Shown here piece by piece: positions 14,701-26,675 of a stretch of DNA of 36,644 bases (its first letter is position 1; every line of letters begins with the position of its first letter). Source of the stretch: Vicugna vicugna (taxonomy: Eukaryota); NCBI GenBank assembly GCA_013265495.1, contig MU057702.1, forward strand, positions 1-36,644. Direction: 5' to 3'. The notes under the pieces are model-generated. The model was not told the origin of the DNA and did not search any database. It worked only from the letters and a program-made list of their open reading frames with translations. Both the position numbers and the translations under genes were made by a program.

Positions 14701-14880
14701 TATTCTAAATTCTATCTTCAGTATTCTTTACTCTACATTCTAAATTCTGTGTTCTGCATACTGTGTTCCAAATTCTATATTCATTATTCTGTATTCTATA
14801 TTATAAATTCTGTGTTCTACATTCTATATTATAAATTATATATTCAGTATTCTGTATTCTATATTCTAAATTCTGTGTTC
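11800..14880 (+). repeat. Duplicated ~1-kb block (about 11800-12800 and 13815-14880), offset 2015-2078 bp
   Basis: Shared rare markers: TGAATTCCGTGATC doublet at 11951/12014 vs 13966/14029; TCAGAGTTCT at 12201 vs 14216; CTCGATA at 12444 vs 14522; TACTGTGTTCCAAA at 12681 vs 14759. Confidence 0.85.
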
Positions 14881-17372
14881 TGCATTCCAAGTTCTAAATT
14901 ATTTATTCACTACTCTGTATTCTATATTCTATATTCTGTGTTCGACATTCTATATTATAAATTCTATATTCAGTATTCTGTGATCTACGTTCTATATTCT
15001 GTGTTCTACATTCTATGTTCTAAATTCTATATTCATTATTTTGTACTGTATATTCTAAATTCTGTGTTCTCTATTCTCTTTTCTATATTCTATATTGTGT
15101 GTTTTTCATTTTATACTCTACATACCATATTTTGCATTCCGTATTCTATATTCTAAATTCTGTGCTCTAAATCCTAAATTCTATATTCAGTATACTGTTT
15201 TCTATATTCTAAATTCTGTGTTTTGCATTTCATGTTCTATATACTATTTTCAGTATTCTATATTCTATATTTAAATTCTGTGTTCTGCATTGTATATTCT
15301 AAATTCTATATTAATTATTCTCTATTCTATTATCTAAATTCTGTTTTCTGCATTCCATGATCTAAATTCTGTGTTGTATATTCTCTACTCTATTCTATAT
15401 TGTGAGTTTTTAATTCTATATTCTACATACTATAGTCTGAATTCCGTATTCTATATTCTATATTATGTGTTCTACATTCTATATTCTAAATTCTATATTC
15501 TGTATTCTGTATTCTATATTATAAATTCTGTATTCTGCATTCCATGTTCTAAATCCTGGGTTGTATATTCTCTATTCTATATTCTATATTCTGTATTATA
15601 CATTCAATATTCTAAATTCTATATTCAGTACTCTTTATTCTATATTCTAAATTCTGTGTTCTGCATTCCATGTTCTAAATTCTGGATTCTATATTCTCTA
15701 TTCTATATTATATATTCTGTGTTCTACATTCTATATTCTAAATTCTCTATATTCAGCATTCTGTATTCTATATTCTAAATTCTTTATTCTGCATTCAATG
15801 TTCTAAATTCTATATTCAGTGTTCTGTATTCTATGTTCAAAATTCTGCGTTCTGCATTCCAAGATCTAAATTCTGGTTTCTGTTTTCTGTTTTCCTTATT
15901 CTATATTCTGTGTTCTATATTATATATATTGTTTTCAAAATTCTGCATTCTGTATTCTATATTCTATATTCTGTGTTCTATGTTCTATATTCTAAATTCT
16001 GTATTCAGTATTCTGTATTCTATATTCTAAATTCTGTGTTCTGTATTTTATGTTCTAAATTCTTTTTTCAATATTATCTATTCTCTATTCTATATTCTGT
16101 GTTCTACATTCTATATTCTGAACTCTATAAGCAGTTTTCTTTATTCTATATTCTAAATTCTGTGTTCTGCTTTCCATGTTCTAAATTCTGGGTTCTATAT
16201 TCTCTATTCCATATTCTATATTCTGTGTTCTACATTCTAAATTCTAAATTCTATATGCAGTATTCTGAATTCTATATTCTAAATTCTGTGTTCCGCATTC
16301 CATGTTCTAAATTTTGGATTCTGTATTCTGTTTTCCATATTCTATATTCTGTGTTCTACATTCTATATTCTAAATTCTATATTCAGTATTCTGTATTCTA
16401 CATTCTAAATTCTGTGTTCTGCATTCAATGATTTAAATACTATATTCATTATTCTGTATTTTATATTCTAAATTCTGTGTTCTGCATTCTATATTCTAAA
16501 TTCTATATTCATAATTCTTTATTCTATATCCTAAATTCTGTGTTCACATTCCATCTTCTAAATTCTGAGTTCTATATTCTCTATTCTCTATTCTATATTG
16601 TGTGTTCTACATTTTATACCCTACATATTATATTTTGCATTCCGTATTCTATATTCTAAATTCTGAGATAAAATTCTAAATTCTAAACTCTATATTCGGT
16701 ATTCTATTTTCTATGTTCTAACTTCTGTGTTCGGCATTCTATGTTCTAAATTCTATGTTCAGTATTCTTTATTATATATTCTAAATTCTGTGTTTGCATT
16801 CCATGTTCTAAATTCTGGATTCTATTTTTTCTATTCTATATTCTATATTCTGTGTTCTACATTCTATATTCTAAATTCTATATTCAGTATTCTGTATTCT
16901 ATAGTCTAAATTCTGTGTTCTGCATTCCATGATCTGTGTTCTCCATGTTCTATACTTTGGATTCTGTATACTGTATTCTATATTCTAAATTCTGTGTTCT
17001 GCATTCCAAGATCTAAATTCTTTATTAAGTACTCTCTATTCTATATTCTATATTCTGTGTTCGGCATTTTATATTCTAAATTCTATATTCAGTATTCTGT
17101 ATTCTATATTAAAAATTCTGTGTTCTGCCTTCCATGTTCTAAATTCTTTGTTCTATATTATCTATTCTATTTTCTGTATTGTGTGTTCTTCATTTTATTC
17201 TCTACATACTATATTTTGCATTCCAAATTCTATATTCTAAATTCTGAGATATAATTCTAAATTCTAAACTCTTTATTCAGTATTCTGTTTTCTATATTCT
17301 AAATTCTGTGTTCTGCATTCCATGTTCTAAGTTCTGGGTTCTGTATTCATTTTCCCATATTCTATAATCTGT

Positions 17373-17548
17373 GTTCTACATTCAATATTTTATGTTCTAT
17401 ATCTGCATTCCGTATTCTATATTCTATATTCTGTGTTCTAGGTTCTATATTCTAATATTCTATATGTTCTACATTCAATATTTTATGTTCTATATCTGCA
17501 TTCCGTATTCTATATTCTATATTCTGTGTTCTAGGTTCTATATTCTAA
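17373..17548 (+). repeat. Tandem duplication, period 93 bp (out of 7/63 register)
   Basis: TTCAATATTTTATGTTC at 17381 and 17474; ORF 17371..17583 shows a 31-aa repeat. Confidence 0.85.
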
Positions 17549-17795
17549 ATTCTATATTCATATTTCTGTATTCGATATTCTAAATTATGTTTTCAGCATT
17601 CCATGATCTAAATTCTGTGTTCTATATTCTCTATTCTATATTCTATATTGTGTGTTCTTCATTTTTTACTCTACATACTATATTTTACATTCCGTATTCT
17701 ATATTCTAAATTCTGAGTCATAATTCTAAATTCTAAAATGTATATTCAGAATTCTGTTTTCTATATTCTTAATTCTGTGTTCGACTTTCTATATT

Positions 17796-18099
17796 CTAAA
17801 TTCTATATTCAGTATTCTGTATTCTACATTCTAAATTCTGTGTTCAGCATTCCAAGTTATAAAATTCTTTATTCAGTACTCTGTATTCTATATTCTATAT
17901 TCTGTGTTCGAAATTCTATATCCTAAATTCTATATTCAGTATTCTGTATTCTACATTCTAAATTCTGTGTTCAGCATTCCAAGTTATAAAATTCTTTATT
18001 CAGTACTCTGTATTCTATATTCTATATTCTGTGTTCGAAATTCTATATCCTAAATTCTATATTCAGTATTCTGTATTCTACATTCTAAATTCTGTGTTC
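17796..18099 (+). repeat. Tandem duplication, period 127 bp, ~2.4 copies
   Basis: TCCAAGTTATAAAATTC at 17851 and 17978; the extra base is in the 8-nt word TTATAAAA. Confidence 0.9.
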
Positions 18100-18198
18100 T
18101 GCATTCCAAGTTCTAAGTTCTTGGTTCTGTATTCATTTTCCCATATTCTATAATCTGTGTTCTACATTCAATATTTTATATTCTATATCTGCCTTCCG

Positions 18199-18471
18199 TA
18201 TTCTATATTCTGTGTTCTAGGTTCTATATTCTAAATTCTTTATTCAGTATTCTGTATTGTATATTCTATATTCTGTGTTCTGCATTGCATGTTCTAAGTT
18301 CTGGGTTCCATATTCTCTATTCTCTATTCTATATTCTGTGTTCTAGGTTCTATATTCTAAATTCTTTATTCAGTATTCTGTATTGTATATTCTATATTCT
18401 GTGTTCTGCATTGCATGTTCTAAGTTCTGGGTTCCATATTCTCTATTCTCTATTCTATATTCTGTGTTCTA
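18199..18471 (+). repeat. Tandem duplication, period 126 bp
   Basis: CTAGG at 18217 and 18343; GCATTGCATG is present in both copies. Confidence 0.9.
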
Positions 18472-18997
18472 CATTCTATATTATAAATTATATATTCAGT
18501 ATTCTGTATTCTATATACTAAATTATGTGTTCTACATTCCAAGTTCTATATAATATATTAAGTATCCTGATTTCTGTATTCTATATTCTGTGTTCTATGT
18601 TCTATATTCTAAATTCTATGTTCATAATTCAGTATTCTATATTCTAAATTATGTTGTCAGCATTCCATGATCAAAATTCTGTGTTCTATATTTTCTATTC
18701 TATGTTCTATATTGTGTGTTCTTCATTTTATACTCTACATACTATATTTTGCATTCCGTATTCTATATTCTAATTTCTGATTCATAATTCTAAATTCTAA
18801 AAACTATATTCAGAATTCTGTTTTCTGTATTCTTAATTCTGTGTTCAGCATTCTATATTCTAAATTCTATATTCATTATTCTGTATTCTACATTCTAAAT
18901 TCTGTGTTCAGCATTCCAATTTCTAAATTCTTTATTCACTACTCTGTATTCTATATTCTATATTCTGTGTTCAACATTCTATATTCTTAATTCTATG

Positions 18998-19210
18998 TTC
19001 AGTATTCTGTATTCTATATTCTAAATTCTGTGTTCTGCATTCAATGTTCTAAATTCTATATTCAGTATTCTGTATTCTATATTCTAAATTCTGTGTTCTG
19101 CATTCAATGTTCTAAATTCTATATTCAGTATTCTGTATTCTATATTCTAAATTCTGTGTTCTGCATTCAATGTTCTAAATTCTATATTCAGTATTCTGTA
19201 TTCTATATTC
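18998..19210 (+). repeat. Perfect tandem array of a single 63-bp monomer, ~3.4 copies
   Basis: TCAATG at 19041, 19104 and 19167; ORF 19030..19278 shows a 21-aa repeat. Confidence 0.93.
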
Positions 19211-20272
19211 AAAATTCTGTGTTCATTCTTCCATTTTCTAAATTCTGTGTTCTATATTCTCTATTCTATATTCTATAGTGTGTGTTCTTCATTTTATACT
19301 CTACATACTATATTTTGCATTCCGTGTTCAATATTCTAAATTCTGAGGTATAATTCTAAATTCTAAGTACTACATTCAGTATTCTGTTTTCTATTTTCTA
19401 AATTCTGTATTCGGCATTCTATTTTCTAAATTCTATATTCAGTATTCTGTATTATATATTCTAAATTCTGTGTTTGCATTCAATGCTCTAAATTCTGGAT
19501 TCTATTTTTTCTATTCTATATTCTATATTCTGTGTTCTACATGCTACATTCTAAATTCTATATTCAGTATTCTGTATTCTATAGTCTAAATTCTGTATTC
19601 TGCATTCCATGTTCTAAATTTTAGATTCTGTATTCTGTATTCCATATTCTATATTCTGTGTTCTGCATTTTATATTCTGTATTCTTTATTCTGTATTCCG
19701 TATCCTATATTCTATATTCTGTGTTTTATATTCTATATTCTAAATACTTTATTCAGTAATTTGTATTCTATATTCTAAATTCTGAGTTCTGCATTCCATG
19801 TTCTAAATTCTTTATTCAGTATTCAGTATTCTATATTCTATATTCTGTGTTCGACATTCTATATTCTAAATTCTATACTCAGATTTCTGTATTATACATT
19901 CTAAATTCTGAGTTCTGCTTTCTACGTTCTAAATTATATATTGATTATTCTGTATTCAATATTCTAAATTCTGTGTTCGTCATTCTATATTCTAAATTCT
20001 ATATTCAGTATTCTGTATTCTATATTAAAAATTCTGTGTTCAGCATTCCATGTTCTAAATTCTGTGTTCTATATACTCTATTCTATATTGTGTGTTCTTC
20101 ATTTTATTCTCTACATACTATATTTTGCATTCCATATTCTATATTCTATATTCTGAGTTATAATTTTAAATTCTAAACTCTATATTCAGTATTCTGTTTT
20201 CTATATTCTAAATTCTGTATTCTGCATTCTATGTTCTTAATTCTATATTCAGTATACTGTATTATATATTTT

Positions 20273-20605
20273 AAATTCTGTGTTTGCATTCCATGTTCTT
20301 AATTCTGGATTCTATATTTTCTATTCAATATTCTGTATTCTGTGTTCTACAATCTATATTCAAAATTCTATATTCTGTATTCTTTACTCTACATACTAAA
20401 TTCTGTGTTCTGCATTCTGTGTTCTAAATTCTATATTCAGTATTCTCTATTATATATTCTAAATTCTGTGTTTGCATTCCATGTTCTTAATTCTGGATTC
20501 TATATTTTCTATTCAATATTCTGTATTCTGTGTTCTACAATCTATATTCAAAATTCTATATTCTGTATTCTTTACTCTACATACTAAATTCTGTGTTCTG
20601 CATTC
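20273..20605 (+). repeat. Tandem duplication, period 188 bp (3 x 63 - 1)
   Basis: TGTTTGCATTCCATGTTCTTAA at 20281 and 20469; matching ORF starts at 20342 and 20530. Confidence 0.88.
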
Positions 20606-20793
20606 CAAGTTCTAAACTCTTTATTCTGTACTCTGTATTCTATATTCTATATTCTGTGTTCGACATTCTATATTATAAAGTATATATTCAGTATTCTGTA
20701 TTCTTTAATCTAAATTCTGTGTTCTGCATTCCAAGTTCTAAACTCTTTATTCTGTACTCTGTATTCTATATTCTATATTCTGTGTTCGACATT
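20586..20793 (+). repeat. Tandem duplication, period 126 bp
   Basis: TCTAAACTCTTTATTCTGTACTC at 20611 and 20737. Confidence 0.85.
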
Positions 20794-22214
20794 GTATATT
20801 CTAAATTCTATATTCAGGATTCTGTGTTCTACGTTCTAAATTCTGTGTTCTACATTCTATGTTCTATATTCTATATTCATTATTCTGTATTCTATATTCT
20901 AAATTCTGTGATCTGCATTCTATTTTCTAAATTCTATACTCATAATTATGTATTCTATATTCTTAATTATGTGTTAGGCATTCCATATTCTAAATTCTGT
21001 GTTCTATATTCTCAATTCTATATTCTATATTGTGTGTTCTTCATTTTATTCTCTACATACTATATTTTGCATTCCGTAATCAATATTCTAAATTATGAGG
21101 TATAATTCTAAATTCTAATTTCTACATTCAGTATTCTGTTTTCTATATTCTTAATTCTGTGTTCGGCATTCTATTTTCGAAATTCTATATTCAGTATTCT
21201 GTATTATATATACTCTAAATTCTATGTTTGCATTCCATGTTCTAAATTCTGAATTCTATATTTTCTATTCTATATTCTATATTGTGTGTTCAACATTCTA
21301 TATTCTAAATACTATATTCAGTGTTCTGTATTCCATATTCTATATTTTGTGTTCTATATTCTATATTTAATTTCTATATTCAGAATTCTGTATTCTATAT
21401 TCTAAATTCTGTGTTCTACATTCTATATTCTAAATTCTATATTCTGTATTCTGTTTTCTATATTCTAAATTCTGTGTTCTATATTCTATATTCTAAATTC
21501 TATATTCAGTATTTTGCATTCTATATTCTAAATTCTGTACTGTGTTCTATATATTCAAAATTCTATATTCAGTATTCTGTAATCTATATTCTAAATTCTG
21601 TTTTCTGCATTCCATGTTCTAAATTCTGTGTTCTATATTCTTTATACTATATTCTATATTCTGTGTTCCGCATTCTTTATTCTAAATACTACTCTCAGTA
21701 TTCGGTATTCTATATACGAAATCCTGTGTCCTGCATCCATGTTCTAAACTCTGGGTTCTCTATTCTGTTTTCCATATTCTAAATTCTTTGTCCTTCATTC
21801 TATATTTCAAATACTATATTCAGTAAACCGTATTCTATATTCTATATTCTGTGTTCTACATTCTATATTCTAAATTCTATATACAGTATTCTGTATTCTA
21901 TACTCTAAATTCTGTGTTCTGCATTCCATGTTCTAAATTCTGGGTTCTATTTTCTCTGTTCTATATTCTATAATCTGTGTCTACAATCTATATTCGAAAT
22001 TCTATATTCATTATTCTGTATTCTGTATTCTAAATTCTGTGTTCTTCATTCCGTGTTCTAAATAATATATTCAATATTCTGTATTCTATATTCTATATTC
22101 TGTGTACCGAATTCTATATTCTAAATTTATATTCAGTATTCTGTATTCTATATTCTAATTTCTGTGTTCTATATTCTATATTCTAAATTCTATATTCAGT
22201 GTTCTGTATTCAAT

Positions 22215-22507
22215 ATTCTAAATTCTGTGTTTTGAATTTCATGTTCTATATTCTGGCTTCTATATTCTCTATTCTCTATTCTATATTCTGTGATATTCAT
22301 TCTATATTTTAAATTCAATTTTTGGCATTCGGTTCAGTATTCTGTATACTAAATTCTAAATTCTGTGTTTTGAATTTCATGTTCTATATTCTGGCTTCTA
22401 TATTCTCTATTCTCTATTCTATATTCTGTGATATTCATTCTATATTTTAAATTCAATTTTTGGCATTCGGTTCAGTATTCTGTATACTAAATTCTAAATT
22501 CTGTGTT
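22215..22507 (+). repeat. Tandem duplication, period 138 bp (out of register)
   Basis: GGCATTCGGTTCAG at 22324 and 22462; TTTGAATTTCATG is present in both copies. Confidence 0.9.
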
Positions 22508-22655
22508 CTACATTCTATATTCTGATTTCCGTATTCTATATTCTATTTTCTGTGTTCTACATTCTATACTCTAATTCGATATTCTGTATTCTGTATTCTA
22601 TATTCTAAATTCTGTGTTCTGCATTCCAAGCTCTAAATTGTTGGGTTCTATATTC

Positions 22656-22913
22656 NNNNNNNNNNNNNNNNNNNNNNNNNNNNNNNNNNNNNNNNNNNNN
22701 NNNNNNNNNNNNNNNNNNNNNNNNNNNNNNNNNNNNNNNNNNNNNNNNNNNNNNNNNNNNNNNNNNNNNNNNNNNNNNNNNNNNNNNNNNNNNNNNNNNN
22801 NNNNNNNNNNNNNNNNNNNNNNNNNNNNNNNNNNNNNNNNNNNNNNNNNNNNNNNNNNNNNNNNNNNNNNNNNNNNNNNNNNNNNNNNNNNNNNNNNNNN
22901 NNNNNNNNNNNNN
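22656..22913. other. Assembly gap (258 N)
   Basis: Run of N. Confidence 0.99.
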
Positions 22914-25900
22914 ATATTTTTAATTCTTTGTTCTGCATTCCATGTTCTAAATTCTGGGTTCTGTATACTATATTCTATATTCTAAATTGTATATTCAGTA
23001 TTCTGTATTATATATTTTTAATTCTTTGTTCTGCATTCCATGTTCTAAATTATGGGTTCTGTATTCTGTTTTCCATTTTCTATATTCTGTGTTCTACATT
23101 CTATTTCCGTATTCTTCATTATGCATTCCTTAACCTGTATTCTAAATTCTGTGTTCTATATTCTATATTCTAAATTTTATACTCAGTATTCCGTATTCTA
23201 TATTCTATATTCTGTTTTCTACATTCTACATTCAGTACTCTGTTTTCTATATTCTAAATTCTGCGTTCTGCATCCCATGTTCTTAATTTTGTGTTCTATA
23301 CTCTCTATTCTCTATTCCATATTTTGTGTTCTTCATTATATACTCTAAATTCTATATTCAGTATTCTGTATTCAATATTCTAAATTTTGTGTTCTTCATT
23401 CCATGTTCTAAATTCTGGTTTCTATATCTCCTATTCTTTATTCTATATTCTGTGTTCTAATTTATATATTCAAAATCTATATTCACTATTCTGTATTCTA
23501 TATACTATATTCTGAGTTCTACATTCTATATTCTAATTTCTATATTCAGTATTCTGTATTCTATATTCTAAATTCTCTGTTCTGCATTCCATGTTCTAAA
23601 TTATGGGTTCTATATTCTTAGTTCTAATTCTCTATTCTATATTCTATAATCTGTGTTCTACATTCTATATTCTACATTCTATATATATTATTCTGTATTC
23701 TGTATTCTAAATTCTATGTTCTGCATTCCATTTTCTAAATTCTGTGTTCTAAATACTCTCTACTATATTCTACATTTTGTGTTCTTCATTCTATATTTTA
23801 CAATCAATATTCTGCATTAATATTGTATATTCTATATTCTGTGTTTTACATTCTATATTCTAAATACTTTATTCAGTATTCTGAATTCTAAATTCTAAAT
23901 TCTGTGTTCATTATTCCATGTTCTAAATCTATATTAAGTATTCTGTATTCTATATCCTAAATTCTGTGTTTCGCATTCTATGTTCTAAATTCTATATTCA
24001 GGATTCTGTATTCTGTATCTAAATTCTGTGTTCTGCATTCCAGGTTCTTAATTCTGGATTCTGTATTCTGTTTTCTATATTCTATAGTCTGTGTTCTACA
24101 TTCTATATTCTGCATTCTACATTCTATTTTCCGTATTCTATATTTTAAATTCTGTGTTCTTTATTCTATATTCTATATTCTGTATTGTGTATTCTGTATT
24201 CTATGTTGTAAATTCTGTGTTCGATATTCCATGTTCTAAATTCATGGTTCTATATTCTCTATTCCCTATTCTATATTCTGATTTCTACATTCTATATTCT
24301 AAATTCTATATTCAGTATTCTGTATACTATATTCTATAGTGTGTGTTCTTCATTCTAAATTCTATATTCTGTATGCAGTATTCTGTATTCTATATACAAA
24401 ATTCTGTGTTCTGCATTCCATGTTCTAAATTCAGGGTTCTATATTCCCTCTCCTATATTCTATATTTTGTGTTCTTCATTCTATATTCTACATTCTATTT
24501 TCTGCATTCCGTATTCTATTGTTATGAACTGTGTTCTACATTCTATATTCTAAATTCATTATTCTCTATTCTGTATTCTATATTCTAAATTCTCTGTTCT
24601 TATTTCCATGTTCTTAATTCTGGGTTCTATATTGTCTATTTTATATTCTATATTCTGTATTCTACATTCAATATTCCAAATTCTATAGTCAGTATTCTGT
24701 ATTCTATATTCTAAATTCTGTGTTCTGCATTCCATTTTGTACATACGATTTTCAGTATTCTATATTCTATATACTAAATTCTGTGTTCTGCGTTCTTTGT
24801 TCTAAATTCTATATTCAGTATTCTGTATTCTATATTCTATATTCTGTGTTCTACATTCTATATTCTATATTCTATATTCAGTAGTCTGTATTCTAGATTC
24901 TAAATTGTGTGTTCTGACTACATTCTATATTCTAATGCCTATATTCAGCATTCTGTATTCTATATTCTAAATTCTGTGTTCTGCATTCCATATTTTCTAT
25001 TCTGGGTTCTGTGTTCTGTATTACATACTCTATATTCTGTGTTCTACATTCTATAATGTAAATTCTTTATTCAGTATTCCGTATTATATATTCTGTGTAC
25101 TACATTCCATATTATAATTTCTATATTCATTATTCTGTATTCTATAATCTAAATTCTGTGTTCTGCATTCCATGTACTAAATTCTGCGTTCTATATTCTC
25201 TATTCTATATTCAAAATTCTGTGTTCTTAATTCTATACTCTACATACTATATTCTGCATTCCGTTTAGTTTATTCTATATACTGTGCTCTAATTTCTATA
25301 TTCTAAAGTCTATATTCAGTATTCTGTATTCTATTCACTAAATTCTGTGTTCTGCATTCCATGTTCTAAATTCTGTGTTCTATATCCTCTATTCAGTATT
25401 CTATATATTGTGTTCTTCATTGTATATTCTAAATTCTATATTCTGCGTTCCGTATTCTATATTCTTTTTCCTGTGTTCGACATTCTGTATTCTAAATGCT
25501 ATATTCAGTATTCTGTATTCTATATTCTATTTTCTATGTTCTGCATTCCATGTTCTAATTTCTGGGTTCTATAATCTGTATTCTATATTCTATATTCTGA
25601 GTTGTACCTTCTATATTCTTAATTCTATATTCAGTATTCTGCGTTCTATATTCCAAATTATGTGTTCTACCTTCTATATTCTAAATTTTATATTTAGTAT
25701 TCTGTATTACATATTCTAAATTCTGGGTGCTGCATTCCATGTTCTAAATTCTGATTTATATATTCTCAAACCTTTAGTCTATATTCTGAGTTCTACATTC
25801 AATATTCTAAATTCTATTTTCAGTATTTTGTATTCTATACTCTAAATTCTGTGTTCTGCATTCCGTGTTCTTAATTCTGTTTTCTATATCCTCTATTCAA

Positions 25901-26238
25901 TATTCTATATATTGTGTTCTTCATTGTATATTCTGCATTCTATATTCTGCATTCCGTGTTCTATATTCTATTTCCTGTGTTTGACATTCTGTAGTATAAA
26001 TACTATATTCAGTATTCTGTATTCTATATTCTATATTCTATGTTCTGCATTCCATGTTCTAAATTCTGGTTTCTATATTCTGTATTCTATATTATATATT
26101 CTGTGTTCAACCTTCTATATTCTTAATTCTATATTCATAATTCTGCGTTCTATATTACAAATTGTGTGTTCCAGATTCTATAATCTAAATTTTATATTCA
26201 GTATTCTGTATTATATATTCTAAATTCTGGGTTCTACA

Positions 26239-26675
26239 TTCCATGTTCTAAATTCTGAGTTCTATATTCCTTATTCTATATTCTATATTCTGTGTTCCGC
26301 ATTCTATATTCTAAATTCTACACTCAGTATTCTGTTTTCCATATTCTAAATTCTGGGTTCTACATTCTATATTCCAAATACTATTTTCAGTTAACCGTAT
26401 TCTATATTCTAAATTCTGTGTTCTGTATTCTATGTTTTAAATTCTATATTCAGTATCCTGTATTCTATATTCTAAATTCTGTGTTCTGCTTTCCATGTTC
26501 TAAATTCTGAGTTCTATATTCCTTATTCTATATTCTATATTCTGTGTTCCGCATTCTATATTCTAAATTCTACACTCAGTATTCTGTTTTCCATATTCTA
26601 AATTCTGGGTTCTACATTCTATATTCCAAATACTATTTTCAGTTAACCGTATTCTATATTCTAAATTCTGTGTTC
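26239..26675 (+). repeat. Tandem duplication, period 252 bp (4 x 63), ~1.7 copies
   Basis: ORFs with identical N-termini at 26292 and 26544; marker CAGTTAACCG occurs twice. Confidence 0.9.

Noticed and set aside
22614..22985. ORFs spanning the 258-N gap (also 36002..36541, 36081..36506 and those across 9526 and 10481)
   Set aside because: N runs contain no stop codons and inflate these ORFs; the called bases are ordinary satellite.
24559..24744. Only gap-free minus-strand ORF (61 aa)
   Set aside because: It is a chance stop-free stretch of the reverse-complement repeat (EYRIQN motifs).
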